Position numbers and translations under genes: made by a program. From Terriglobia bacterium (lineage in GTDB: Bacteria > Acidobacteriota > Terriglobia > 20CM-2-55-15), in the NCBI GenBank assembly GCA_963664115.2, contig CAXWPJ010000010.1, positions 160,001 through 224,000 of the forward strand: DNA of 64,000 nucleotides, written 5' to 3'. Positions 21,427 to 31,758 of this stretch are shown piece by piece. Position 1 is the stretch's first letter; each line of letters opens with the position of its first letter. The notes under the pieces were generated by a model. The model did no database searches and was not told where the DNA came from. It was given only the letters and a program-made list of their open reading frames with translations.

Positions 21427-23864
21427 TAATTGAAACGCAACCCAGCAATTGCCCAGGCACCCGGTGTTGGAAATCCACCCTCGTAATATTCGTTGTTGAA
21501 AACATTCTCAATCTTCGTATAGACCTCCACGGAACGTTCCAGTTGCAGCGGCAGGCTATACCTGAGGACGAGATCGGCTTTTATGGGTCCGTCAAAAACG
21601 AGGCGGCGGCTCTGGGCGCCAAACGGGGACAGAGTGTAGTCGCTGACCGTAAACAGGTCGAATGTCACGTTCACGCGGTCAGCGATCCACTGGGTCGCTG
21701 TCAGGGTGAAGGTGTGATCCGACACCCCGAGTGTTCTGAAGTAATTCGTACCCCCGATCGTGGGCGTGTTCGAATCGGAATTCGTGTAGGTGTAGGACAT
21801 TCGAACGTTCGTATCCTGGGTCGGCGACACCTGGCCACTCAACTCAACGCCGCGAGCAATGCCACCTCCAGTGTTGCGATATCCACCAAAGCGCCCGAAC
21901 GGATCATTCGCTGGAAAGTTCGCGAAATCGAAAAGGATAGTCTCCTGAAGGTTAGTGTAGAAAACTGTTCCGCTCAACTGGACCTTGGAATTGAAAAACC
22001 ATTGATCCAGGCCGCCGTCGACAGCTATCGAGCGTTCTGGACTCAGGCGAGGGTCACCCCAGTAACTGAAAGAACCCGCGAAAAATGATGATCCCAGCCT
22101 TTCGTAGGCCGATGGCGCCCGATAACTGCTGCCCACATGCGCGCGAAACTTCGTCTCGGTTCCGCGGAAAAAGTATGCCAAAGCGCCATCACCCGTATAT
22201 GCGTTGCGCGGAGATCCCAGGGAAACGCCCTCGTAGGGGCTTGGCGTTCCAGAAAAAGCCGGCGTCTTAACGTCGAAGAGCTGGACGCGTCCAGAGAGTC
22301 CCAGCTGCAGTTGCCCATCCATGAGTTGAATTTGATCCTGGGCGAACACCGCATTGCTTGTCTGCTCCACGTCGCTCGTACCTGATTCTCCAAAACTGAG
22401 ATCCGAGGAGTGGAAGCGTTCGTTTTCGAATTCGTAACCGAGGGTAACGAAGTTGTGGTTGCCGATCCTGTGATCCGTTCGTGCTTGAAACGTGTCGATA
22501 CGACCGTCACTTGAAGTATCGAAGGGAGACTCCGCGAAAGACACAACTCCCGGACCGTCGGGGCCGAAAGAGAACTTGCGATTCGTGTCCACTCCCTGAT
22601 AGGAGACGCGATATGAGCTATCGGCAGTCAACTGGTGTTCGAAAGTAATTGCGCCATTGAGAAAGCTAGAATCCCTCCGGTCGTCGGGATCCGTCTGGCC
22701 TGGAACAAAGGTCGCATTTCCCACGCTGTAGGGCGAACCACTGTCCGCGAGATCCAACTGCTTCACGTCGAGCGCAATCGCAGGCACCGCACCGGTCGTT
22801 GGGAAGTTGGCTTGTACATCGGCGTTAAACAACGGGCTGTTGCTCAGCTGCACCCTCGCGTCGGACCACCACAGCCGCCCGGTCAGGGAAATTTCGGGTG
22901 TGAAGCTATAGGTTACCGATCCCTGCGCACTCGTATTTCGGTAAGGGCTCTTGCCGCGAATGCCGTTGCTGACGTTCAGGTAGGAAAGCGTACCGCTATA
23001 ACTGAGCCGGTCGCCATCAAGGCCACCGCTGATACTGGCCACGGCGCGGAACAGCCCCAAGCCGCCGCCTTCTGCCATGAACTGTCCGTGGGGACGACCA
23101 CTGCCTTTACGTGAAATGACGTTGATCGTACCTGCGAGGGCATTGGATCCGTAAAGCGAAGACCCGGAACCGCGGAGAAACTCGATTCGTTCTGTATCAA
23201 CGATCGCGAGATCCGCAAGAAACCCCGTTGCATCGCCCTGGGTACCGGCAGCATCGCGAAAACGCATTCCATCAATTAGGACTGCTGTGTCCTGATTGCG
23301 CAGACCGCGGGTTTTGATGGTCGTAAAGCTTCCTGGGCCTCCCAATTGCTGGACACGCACACCCGGCAGATTTCGAACGACCTCGGCTAAGGAAAACTCG
23401 CCGCGCAGAGCGATCTCTTCTGAATCGACAACATCGACAGCCTTGGCAATCTCCTGGACCGACAGCGGTGTGCCCGATGCCGTCACGAGGACTTCGACGC
23501 TTGTGGCCGATATTGCCAGCGCAACATCGAAAGTCACATCGCCGTTGACCGAGATATCCTCAGACGCGCCTAGCGTAGCTTGAGAGGCATCCGCCTCGAG
23601 CAAGTAATCGCCTGTAGAAATACCGTCGAACATGTATGTGCCGTCGGAGGCACTGAGTGCTTGATGGAATACTCCAGTGTTCCGGTTGAACAATCGAACG
23701 CTCGTGTTTGGAACTGCCCGTCCGTCGGGATCCAGAACGACTCCGCTCAGGCTGTCCGCCCAACTGGAAGCGGGCAAAGCGAGAACGAGGGTGAGAACAA
23801 TTAGAGATACTCTCCAGATCTTGTACAGCTCCGTCATACAGTCTCCTTGGTTCCTGAGAATCAC
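21423..23864 (-). CDS. TonB-dependent receptor (BtuB-like; start possibly 23837)
   Basis: Signal peptide, N-terminal carboxypeptidase-regulatory-like domain, plug (RGL...VLIDG..IEFLRGSGSSLYGSNALAGTINVI), C-terminal aromatic residue; downstream of cobQ and the riboswitch. Confidence 0.88.
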   Translation of the reverse strand: MILRNQGDCMTELYKIWRVSLIVLTLVLALPASSWADSLSGVVLDPDGRAVPNTSVRLFNRNTGVFHQALSASDGTYMFDGISTGDYLLEADASQATLGASEDISVNGDVTFDVALAISATSVEVLVTASGTPLSVQEIAKAVDVVDSEEIALRGEFSLAEVVRNLPGVRVQQLGGPGSFTTIKTRGLRNQDTAVLIDGMRFRDAAGTQGDATGFLADLAIVDTERIEFLRGSGSSLYGSNALAGTINVISRKGSGRPHGQFMAEGGGLGLFRAVASISGGLDGDRLSYSGTLSYLNVSNGIRGKSPYRNTSAQGSVTYSFTPEISLTGRLWWSDARVQLSNSPLFNADVQANFPTTGAVPAIALDVKQLDLADSGSPYSVGNATFVPGQTDPDDRRDSSFLNGAITFEHQLTADSSYRVSYQGVDTNRKFSFGPDGPGVVSFAESPFDTSSDGRIDTFQARTDHRIGNHNFVTLGYEFENERFHSSDLSFGESGTSDVEQTSNAVFAQDQIQLMDGQLQLGLSGRVQLFDVKTPAFSGTPSPYEGVSLGSPRNAYTGDGALAYFFRGTETKFRAHVGSSYRAPSAYERLGSSFFAGSFSYWGDPRLSPERSIAVDGGLDQWFFNSKVQLSGTVFYTNLQETILFDFANFPANDPFGRFGGYRNTGGGIARGVELSGQVSPTQDTNVRMSYTYTNSDSNTPTIGGTNYFRTLGVSDHTFTLTATQWIADRVNVTFDLFTVSDYTLSPFGAQSRRLVFDGPIKADLVLRYSLPLQLERSVEVYTKIENVFNNEYYEGGFPTPGAWAIAGLRFNY

Positions 23865-23980
23865 CTCAAGAAATTTCCTCTCATGAGTGATAACTCATTA
23901 TATTCGTCGAGCATAATCGACCCATGCGGACTCTTTGACTGAAGAGTTTCTGAACTCTTCTTCAGAGTCTGAGACATCGA

Positions 23981-25432
23981 TCACACCCCGGCCTCAATGT
24001 ATTCCCTGACAAAAACGTCGTGCACGACATGGTCCCCAAACCAGTCGGCCAGGCGGTCGTACTGCAACTGTTTTCCACCTTGAAAGTCAGGCAGCCTATG
24101 CCCCAACAACTCCTCGAGAACACGCTGGTTCTCAAAGGCACCATGGAGGTAGGTGCCGATCACCTGCCCACGACGCATGCCATCGCGGGTCCCGTCTTCG
24201 AGCACGGCAAAGGGTTCGCTTCCGTCTCCTTCAATTGACGTGACACCCATGTGGATTTCATATGCTTCAAAGGAAAGCCCCGAAGGCGTTCGGGCCCCAA
24301 CCGTTCGCGTCGTCTTTTCCCGGTCGAGCCGTGTCGTCACTGGAAGAAATCCGAGGCCTTCGGTCGATCCGACATTGGATTCCAAACCGTCGGGATCGTG
24401 TATCGTTTTACCCATCATCTGAAATCCACCACACACGCCTACGATTCGGCTCCCATGGTTCATCTGGTCCGATAGCCAGCTATCCAATCCGCGAGCACGC
24501 AACCATGCCATGTCTTCGATCGGGGATTTCGTGCCGGGAAGAAAGACGACGTCAAAGACTTCCTCGACAGGTTCCGAAAGGAACACCGCGTCGGGCATCC
24601 GTCTAAAGTCAGTAAAATTCGAGATATGGGGAAATCGCAGGACGGCGACGCGCGAACCTGAACCATTGGGCGCGCCCGATTGATTGCCCGCCGCGTCCGG
24701 CCTTTCTTCGAGGCTGACGCTGTCCTCTTCATCCAGATAAACATCTTCGAGAAATGGAAATACTCCCAGGCAGGGCCGGGCGCTTTTCTCCTCAAGAATA
24801 CGGATACCGTCTTCAAAGTACGCGCGATCTCCGCGAAATCGATTTACGAGGAAGGAGCGGACTAAGGAAGCCTCCGCATCGTCGAGAAGATCCAGGGTTC
24901 CGATCACGGATGCAAATACGCCTCCACGGTCGATATCGGCGACGAGAATGCTCGGCGCATCCAATCGCCCGGCCAGACCGAGGTTCACCAGGTCATGATG
25001 TTTGAGGTTCAATTCGGCCACACTCCCCGCGCCTTCGATGACGACGTAGTCGTATCCGGTGGCGAGACGGGAATAGCTTTCCAGAACCTGTTCGAGGAGA
25101 TAGTCGAAGTGATTCCCATATTCAGGCGCTTTCAAGTTGCGCCAGGGTCGCCCATTCAAGACAACCTGGCTGCCCAGAGTTCCGGTCGGCTTCAGAAGAA
25201 TGGGGTTCATATCCGGATGCGGCTCCAATCCGCAGGCCTCCGCCTGAGCCGCCTGCGACCGGCCGATCTCCCCTCCCCCGGGGCATGCCATGGAGTTGTT
25301 CGACATGTTCTGCGCCTTGAAGGGCGCCACGCGGAAACCCATCCGGTGGAGATACCGGCACAACGCGGTCACCACCCAACTCTTTCCTACGTGCGACGCG
25401 GTCCCGCCGACAAAAATGGGCTTCGCCCTCAC
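23981..25432 (-). CDS. cobQ: Cobyric acid synthase
   Basis: GTASHVGKS, PFKAQNMSNNS, MNPILLKP, IEGAGS, DIDRGG, ISNFTDF, GVCGGFQM, YEIHMG, GTYLHG. Confidence 0.95.
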   Translation of the reverse strand: MRAKPIFVGGTASHVGKSWVVTALCRYLHRMGFRVAPFKAQNMSNNSMACPGGGEIGRSQAAQAEACGLEPHPDMNPILLKPTGTLGSQVVLNGRPWRNLKAPEYGNHFDYLLEQVLESYSRLATGYDYVVIEGAGSVAELNLKHHDLVNLGLAGRLDAPSILVADIDRGGVFASVIGTLDLLDDAEASLVRSFLVNRFRGDRAYFEDGIRILEEKSARPCLGVFPFLEDVYLDEEDSVSLEERPDAAGNQSGAPNGSGSRVAVLRFPHISNFTDFRRMPDAVFLSEPVEEVFDVVFLPGTKSPIEDMAWLRARGLDSWLSDQMNHGSRIVGVCGGFQMMGKTIHDPDGLESNVGSTEGLGFLPVTTRLDREKTTRTVGARTPSGLSFEAYEIHMGVTSIEGDGSEPFAVLEDGTRDGMRRGQVIGTYLHGAFENQRVLEELLGHRLPDFQGGKQLQYDRLADWFGDHVVHDVFVREYIEAGV

Positions 25433-25571
25433 CCGAAGACGCCCCCACCGAAAAACACGGTGACAGTCCTCAAGCGGACAGCTTCAGTTGTGTGTTGAAA
25501 AATTTGAAATGCTTCTACCATTCAGCCCCTCTCTCGAAGGCTCGAACAGAACTCGGCGCTATTGACGCCGG

Positions 25572-25750
25572 CTACCGACAGGTCTTCGGACTTACAGGCA
25601 ATGAAACATTTCCTACTGGCCGTTGCTTCCCAGCTCATTTTCAGTGAGCCAGTGCTTAGATACGGCGGTCGTTCCTGCTTACCGCTGCGGGACAGCTCCG
25701 GATTTTCACCGGATTCCCTAATCGGCCTGAGATTCAGGCTGGTCGGTAAC
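25572..25750 (-). ncRNA. Cobalamin (B12) riboswitch
   Basis: Minus strand: AGGGAA-TCCGGTGAAAATCCGGA-GCTGTCCCGCAGCGGTAA ... GCACTG ... TGGGAAG ... AAGTCCGAAGACCTG, upstream of cobQ. Confidence 0.92.
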
Positions 25751-25886
25751 GTCAAAGAGACTAGCACAGGATTCGGGCTGGCTGCAACGTGGGGGAAACT
25801 GACACGCAGGCGGACAATATCTCCGGTACCGACGGGGCGACCTGCCGCGTATCAACGACTTTACACTGTGGACCGGGGAGTAGAGA

Positions 25887-27398
25887 TCAGGACGTTCGAC
25901 GCGGACGGACTTTCCGCTTAACGTACCGTCCCATACGCTTGATTCCAAGGAACAGACCGATTGCAGTCGTTCCGATGCCACCGGCTGAGAGAACGATGAC
26001 GCTGATATCCCAGGCGGGCCGATTGTAGTACCAGAATCCGAAGTCGAGGCTATGGAACCCGTTATAAATCCACCGCTCGAGCCGCTGCCTCTGTTGGTAA
26101 CGTCCCACCAATTGACCGAACCCGGGATCGATATAGAACCAGGTCTTGTCGGGATCCTCGAACTTGATTCGAACTACCGGTAAAGGGGGTGAGGACTCAC
26201 CACGAGGATAGTAGTAAGAATCATACTCAGTAAGTAATCGTGATTCCCGGATCCCAACCTCAGGGTAAGCACCTTTCACGCGGTCGACGAGCGACTCCGT
26301 ACTGAAAGCATGCTCGGAAACCTGCAATGGACCCGCCTGAACCAGCGTGCGTTTCGCACCGGTGCCGCTGACAAGAAAATACGGATCCCCCTGAATGCGG
26401 CGGAACTCGATCTCCTTGATCGTCTGCCCGGGCAGCGTGCGCTCCCAAGCAGCAGCATCGATCGCGGGGAAGAGCGCCATGTCCAATTCCCCTCCCGTGA
26501 GCGCCTGCCGCACACCCCCACCCAGGCCCCCGCGTGAGGACCAGAACCATGGTTCCATCGACAGCATTCCGCTGAACATCCATGTCAGCGTGAAAATGCC
26601 GAATACGATGCCTGTGATGTAGTGCCACCGCATCCATCCGCTGTAGGGAATGTAGGACAGAACGCGCCTGAATCTGAACGGCCGCGTCGGTGAAAACTGC
26701 AGAAACCCCAAAACAATCCCGACCAATACCAGGACACACCCGAGACCCGAGGTCCAAATAACAATCTGCCTCCAGAGACCGTCGTTCAAACGAAGGGGCG
26801 CAAAGTAGAACCAGTGAGGAATCGCCGCAACCCAGGCCAGCATGCGGCTGTTCCGAGTGGTCAACAGAGCGACCTCACCGAAATACTCCGGGATATACAA
26901 CTCAGTTCCATGAGAGTCGTCCACTGCAATCTTGTGGAGCGGCATCCGGTTGCGGAAACTAATCGTCCATTGATCCGCTTCCGTCAAAAGGCCGGAGTAC
27001 TTTAACTGGTCGGAAGGAAGATCCATGAAACGGCTGGCAATAGCGAGCGCCTCCTCTTCCCCGATCTCGATGAGGATCTCACCGTTATCTGCGAAAACCG
27101 TGACCGATTCACCCGGGTTGCCGATACGGTACGCGGGTCGATCCATCAACGTGAGCAAGGTCACGCGGTCTGGGCTCCCACCCCAGAGGGCGTACTCCAG
27201 GGCCTGGGTGGGAGACACTTGAACGCTTGCGGGCTCTAACGCGGGGAGGCGTTCCAAGCGGAGGTCCGCGGTGAGGCTCGGCAGACCTCTGGCATACATC
27301 ATGGCAATGCCCGATACGAACCAGACCACAATCAATAGACTGAGCGCGATGCCCAGATAGCGGTGGGACAGGATCATCCACTTGCGGAACCAAGTCAT
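25887..27398 (-). CDS. PepSY-associated TM-helix domain protein
   Basis: HRYLG..VWFVSG, HWFYF, RWHYITG, YNGFHSLDF motifs. Confidence 0.85.
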   Translation of the reverse strand: MTWFRKWMILSHRYLGIALSLLIVVWFVSGIAMMYARGLPSLTADLRLERLPALEPASVQVSPTQALEYALWGGSPDRVTLLTLMDRPAYRIGNPGESVTVFADNGEILIEIGEEEALAIASRFMDLPSDQLKYSGLLTEADQWTISFRNRMPLHKIAVDDSHGTELYIPEYFGEVALLTTRNSRMLAWVAAIPHWFYFAPLRLNDGLWRQIVIWTSGLGCVLVLVGIVLGFLQFSPTRPFRFRRVLSYIPYSGWMRWHYITGIVFGIFTLTWMFSGMLSMEPWFWSSRGGLGGGVRQALTGGELDMALFPAIDAAAWERTLPGQTIKEIEFRRIQGDPYFLVSGTGAKRTLVQAGPLQVSEHAFSTESLVDRVKGAYPEVGIRESRLLTEYDSYYYPRGESSPPLPVVRIKFEDPDKTWFYIDPGFGQLVGRYQQRQRLERWIYNGFHSLDFGFWYYNRPAWDISVIVLSAGGIGTTAIGLFLGIKRMGRYVKRKVRPRRTS

Positions 27399-27407
27399 AT
27401 GTTTCGA

Positions 27408-28829
27408 TCAGCCTGCCCGTGATGAAGGTACAAACGGTCTTGTCCGGGAGCGCTCCGGCAGGGTGATTCGGAAGGTACTCCCACCGGTGCCAGATTCTTC
27501 TAACGTGAGCCGCCCGCCGTTGACTTCAACAGCCCATTTGGCAATGGAGAGTCCCAGCCCCGTTCCTTCGTGCTCCGGCGCTGGCATCCTCTTGACACGA
27601 TAGAATCGCTCGAAGACCCGTGCCTGCAGAGCCTCCGGAATTCCCGGCCCAGTGTCGCTCACATCGAGAGTCACGCCCGAAGGGGATTGCTCGACTTTCA
27701 CCGTGATCCGACCGCCGGCCGGCGTGTACTTGATTGCGTTGTCTACGAGATTCAGAAGCCCCTGTCTCAAGACCATTCGGTCGCCTGTCCACTCGGGCGC
27801 TCCCGTACGTTCGACTGAGATCGATTGCCCCTTTTCCTCGGCCAACACCTCCAGTTGCGTCGCCACTTCCTCAGCCAGGGCGAACAAATCCACGGAATCA
27901 CAGGTAAGCTTTGCCGGACCGGTCTCAGCACGGGAGAGAGTCAGCAGGCGATCGACAAGTCCAGCCAGGCGATCGACCTCTTCGAGCATACTGCCGATGA
28001 TTTCCCGATACGCCGACTCGTGTCGCCTTCCCCTCAAACCCACTTCTCCGACGCTCCGCATGACTGTCAAAGGCGTACGTAGTTCGTGGGATACGTGCGC
28101 CGTGAAACGACGCATCTGTTCAAACGAGGATTCCAGCCGGGTCAGCGTGTTGTTGAAGACGGACGCCAGGCGGCCCAACTCGTCATTCGGATTGTCTACA
28201 GGCAATCGGTCCTCGAGCCTTTCGGCCGTGATCAATTGTGCATGATCGGCCATACGCTCGATGGGCTTTAGGGCCCGCCGCGCGAGCGTGTACCCTCCCA
28301 GGCCGGCCGCAACGACGCTGAGAGGCAAGCCCAGTAGCAGTACCAGCAACAACTGATAGAGGTCCCGTCGCATAATGAATTCCGATCGGGCCACCTGGAT
28401 AACAACAGGCTCGTCGCCGATCCGGCTTTCGACACTGAATACGCGGTAAGGCGGACTGACTGCCGCCACGGATACGATCTCGTCGTTGGCTTTCATGGCC
28501 AGCAGATCGGTTTCAGGAAGCGGATTCTGTCGTGCGATCATCGTGCGGTACAAAAGGTTGCCTTCCGGGCTCCACACCTGCAACCACGGACCATCCACGG
28601 GACTGCCTGTGTCGTTCGAAGTCGGCCAGGTGATGGTGCCGTCCGGTTCCTGATCGAGCATCTCAGCAGCCCACAAGTAGTCGTCGTGCAATATCTGATC
28701 CAGACCGCCCGACTCCATGCGGCTCACGAACAGGAAGACACTTGAGACATACACACCCAGAACGACGATCATCGCGCTGACGTTCCACAGCGTCAGCCGA
28801 ACTCGCACAGTTAATGGATACCGGCTCAT
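27408..28829 (-). CDS. Sensor histidine kinase (HAMP; CusS-like)
   Basis: H-box FTAHVSHELRTPL, NLVDNAIKYT, DTGPGI, GTGLGLSI. Confidence 0.92.
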   Translation of the reverse strand: MSRYPLTVRVRLTLWNVSAMIVVLGVYVSSVFLFVSRMESGGLDQILHDDYLWAAEMLDQEPDGTITWPTSNDTGSPVDGPWLQVWSPEGNLLYRTMIARQNPLPETDLLAMKANDEIVSVAAVSPPYRVFSVESRIGDEPVVIQVARSEFIMRRDLYQLLLVLLLGLPLSVVAAGLGGYTLARRALKPIERMADHAQLITAERLEDRLPVDNPNDELGRLASVFNNTLTRLESSFEQMRRFTAHVSHELRTPLTVMRSVGEVGLRGRRHESAYREIIGSMLEEVDRLAGLVDRLLTLSRAETGPAKLTCDSVDLFALAEEVATQLEVLAEEKGQSISVERTGAPEWTGDRMVLRQGLLNLVDNAIKYTPAGGRITVKVEQSPSGVTLDVSDTGPGIPEALQARVFERFYRVKRMPAPEHEGTGLGLSIAKWAVEVNGGRLTLEESGTGGSTFRITLPERSRTRPFVPSSRAG

Positions 28830-29509
28830 GGTTGTGCCTCACTCAGCATGAAGCCCACACCCCTGACGGTGTGGACCAGCTTGGTTGAACGCTCGACGTC
28901 AATCTTCCTTCGAAGCCGGGCAATATGAACATCGATCACGTTGTTCAACGGCGTTCCCCTGTCTGTCTCCTTCCAGACATCCCGGGCCAGCGTCTCACGC
29001 GGAACAGGATGGCCTGCGTGCCGCAACAGGTATTCCAGCAGTTCATATTCCCGCGCCGTCAGATCCACAGTTTCGCCGCCCCGAGTGACCTTCCGAGTCA
29101 CCAGGTCCATATCCAGGTCGCCGACACTCAAGCGAAGTGTCTCCGTGGGTCGCCCTCGCCGCACCAACGCACGGATCCTCGCCACCACCTCAGCGAACGC
29201 GAACGGCTTCACCAGATAGTCGTCCGCTCCACTGTTCAGACCGGCGATTCGATCTTCCACAGTGTCACGCGCCGTGAGAACCAATACCGGGGTCGTGATT
29301 CCCTGCTCTCGAATCTTCGTCAGAACCTCGAGGCCATCACGCCCCGGGAGCATCAGATCCAGCAGAATAACGTCGAAGCTCTCCGTCGTCATCCGAAAAA
29401 AACCCTCTTCACCGGTCTCGGCGATAACCACTTCATAGTGTTCGTCCTCGAGACCCTCCTTGAGGGCCTTGTTCACCTTGGGTTCATCTTCTACGACAAG
29501 GATACGCAA
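28826..29509 (-). CDS. OmpR-family response regulator (CusR-like)
   Basis: ILVVEDE, LDLMLPG, GADDYLVKPF, NVIDVHIARLRRKID, TVRGVG. Confidence 0.93.
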   Translation of the reverse strand: MRILVVEDEPKVNKALKEGLEDEHYEVVIAETGEEGFFRMTTESFDVILLDLMLPGRDGLEVLTKIREQGITTPVLVLTARDTVEDRIAGLNSGADDYLVKPFAFAEVVARIRALVRRGRPTETLRLSVGDLDMDLVTRKVTRGGETVDLTAREYELLEYLLRHAGHPVPRETLARDVWKETDRGTPLNNVIDVHIARLRRKIDVERSTKLVHTVRGVGFMLSEAQP

Positions 29510-29826
29510 TCGATGCTTTCTCCTCCAGTATTTCAGCTTCGCCTGTTGAGGCGCCTATCATAGCGTGGCTATCATGAAAGGTTTTCTAAATAGTCTATGA
29601 ATAATCTGTCAGAAATTGAGCCTTAACTGCAACAACGATAACGCTATTTGTGGAACGGAGGGTTCGAAATAGGGCATCATGTCCACCCTGTGCGGGGGCA
29701 AACCGTGGCGGGACCCGACCCGGGTCCCGCTGGCCGTCTATAGTTATGGCAGATCATCGGATGATTCAGCCGGATGATCATGACGGATGCTAAGGACACG
29801 GGTTGATTCTTGATATGGAGCGAGCT

Positions 29827-30768
29827 ATGAAGATTTGTGTGGTAGGACAGGGTGCGTTCGGGAAGAAGCATCTGGCGGGTCTGGCTGAAATAGAAGGCGC
29901 AGAGGTCGTGACACTATTCGGGAGAACGGCGGAAACGACCGAGGCTGCCGCCAGGAAATTCAACATACCCCATTGGACAACCAGCTTCGACGAAGCGCTG
30001 GCGCAGCCCGGGGTGGAGGCGGTGATTCTGACCTCACCGACACAAGTCCACGCCGATCAGGCTGAGAAGGTCATGCGGGCGGGTAAGCATGTTGAGATCG
30101 AGATTCCGATCGCGGATTCTCTCACAGACGCCCGGCGGATCGATGCCGTGGCTAAAGAAACAGGTGTCGTGGCCATGGCGGGCCACACGCGCCGCTTCAA
30201 CCCGAGCCACCAGTGGGTTCACAACAAGATTCGCTCTGGCGAACTCAAGCTTCAACATCTGGTCGTCGAGACCTTCTTCTTTCGCAGAACCAATATGAAT
30301 GCCGAAGGCAAACCCCGCAGCTGGACGGACCACCTGCTCTGGCACCATGCATGCCATACGGTGGATCTGTTTCACTATCAAACAGGAGAAATATCTTCAG
30401 CCGTTCAAGCGTTGGAAGGCCCGATCCATCCCGAGCTGGGTATTGCGATGGACATGAGCATCGGTTTGAAAGTCCCTTCCGGCGCCGTATGCACATTGGC
30501 TTTGTCGTTCAACAACGACGGCCCGCTGGGAACGTTCTTCCGTTATATCTGCGACAACGGGACCTACATCGCGCGCTACGACGATCTGGTGGATGGCAAA
30601 GAAAACCCCGTCGATGTATCCCGGGTCGATGTGTCCATGAACGGCATCGAACTCCAGGACCGAGAGTTCATTGCCGCGATACGGGAAGGTCGCGAACCCA
30701 ACTCGAGCGTGGCCCAGGTTCTCCCCGCGATGGAAACTCTGGATCGACTGGAGAAGCTCCTCCAATGA
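29827..30768 (+). CDS. ligC: 4-carboxy-2-hydroxymuconate-6-semialdehyde dehydrogenase (Gfo/Idh/MocA)
   Basis: GHTRRFNPSHQW, FFRRTNMNA.G.PRSWTDHLLWHHACHTVD, LSFNNDGPLG, SMNGIELQDREF match LigC/PmdC. Confidence 0.88.
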   Translation: MKICVVGQGAFGKKHLAGLAEIEGAEVVTLFGRTAETTEAAARKFNIPHWTTSFDEALAQPGVEAVILTSPTQVHADQAEKVMRAGKHVEIEIPIADSLTDARRIDAVAKETGVVAMAGHTRRFNPSHQWVHNKIRSGELKLQHLVVETFFFRRTNMNAEGKPRSWTDHLLWHHACHTVDLFHYQTGEISSAVQALEGPIHPELGIAMDMSIGLKVPSGAVCTLALSFNNDGPLGTFFRYICDNGTYIARYDDLVDGKENPVDVSRVDVSMNGIELQDREFIAAIREGREPNSSVAQVLPAMETLDRLEKLLQ

Positions 30769-30794
30769 CGCGACTGATCTGTGAGCGCGCGGAC

Positions 30795-30825
30795 GATTCG
30801 GCACCGTCGTTCGACTGATCTGACC
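30795..30825 (+). repeat. 31-bp direct repeat, left copy (pairs with 34346-34376)
   Basis: GATTCGGCACCGTCGTTCGACTGATCTGACC vs GATTCGGCACCTTCTTTCGCTTGATCTAACC (26/31). Confidence 0.75.
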
Positions 30826-30869
30826 GCCCAAAAGCCCTCCAACCGAACCAGGCAAGTCGAGCCGCGATA

Positions 30870-31000
30870 TGTTGGCACGTATGAGGATCTTTGTTCATGA
30901 AAAGGCCCGGCAATTAAGGGACGAGGAAAAGAGTTTTCGTGAGATCGGAAAGATTCTGAACATCAACAAATGCACCGTTGCCGCTGCGCTGGATCACTGA
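30870..31000 (+). pseudogene. Short HTH remnant
   Basis: KARQLRDEEKSFREIGKILNINKCTVAAAL resembles a resolvase/sigma-type HTH. Confidence 0.4.
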
Positions 31001-31056
31001 CAGGCCGTAGATCATAGATAAATCGGGCAAAAACGACGTATTCCCTGAAAACGGAT

Positions 31057-31126
31057 TTCTCGGATTCCGGGAACATCTGCCAGATCAATCGGTCGATGCA
31101 ACACCTGCGTTTAATGTCTTGCCGGA
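31057..31126. mobile_element. Half dif-like site fused to an IS30 end remnant
   Basis: TTCTCG-GATTCCGGGAA-CATC, then 26-bp IR TGCCAGATCAATCGGTCGATGCAACA (31078-31103) and CCTGCGTTTAATGTC, nearly identical to the IS30 end at 59957. Confidence 0.7.
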
Positions 31127-31290
31127 GTTGAGAGTTGATGGCTACATCACCATCCAGACTGCAATTACTTTCAGATAATTCGAAATACATTATTTAAGGT
31201 AGCTCAGATCGTGCGGCTTAATTCCCTACTTCCAGGCCCGGTTTCCACATAGAATTGGTTTCTAAAACTCCAACATGAAAGGATGCCGCT

Positions 31291-31758
31291 ATGGCGATCT
31301 ACAATCTGAATATTGACGGCCGTACTCATTCCGTGGATGTGGATTCAGCCACGCCCTTGCTGTATGTGCTGACCGACGATCTGGCTCTCCGCGGCCCCAA
31401 GTTTGGCTGCGGCCTCGGCCAGTGCGGATCATGCACCGTCATCGCCGATGGCCGGGCCATTCGCTCGTGTATCACTCCAGTCGAGCGGGTTGCCGATTCG
31501 AACATAACCTCCCTGGAAGGTCTCGGAACTCGGGAGAATCCGCATCCTATCCAGGAAGCGTTCATCGACGAGCAAGCCATCCAGTGCGGCTTCTGCGCGA
31601 ACGGCGTCATTCTGACGGCCAAGGCGTTCCTGGATCGTAGCCCGGAAGCATCGGACGACGAACTTCGCGAGGCCTTGTCGACGGTCCTGTGCCGATGTGG
31701 AACACACCTGCGAATGCTGGACGCGATTCGTAAATACGCACAGGAAGTGAACGCATGA
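31291..31758 (+). CDS. Molybdenum hydroxylase small (2Fe-2S) subunit
   Basis: KFGCGLGQCGSCTV, RSC, QCGFC, LCRCG. Confidence 0.93.
   Translation: MAIYNLNIDGRTHSVDVDSATPLLYVLTDDLALRGPKFGCGLGQCGSCTVIADGRAIRSCITPVERVADSNITSLEGLGTRENPHPIQEAFIDEQAIQCGFCANGVILTAKAFLDRSPEASDDELREALSTVLCRCGTHLRMLDAIRKYAQEVNA

Noticed and set aside
29583-29620. Possible degenerate dif-like site upstream of ligC
   Set aside because: Only the right arm is similar; AT-rich promoter DNA explains it
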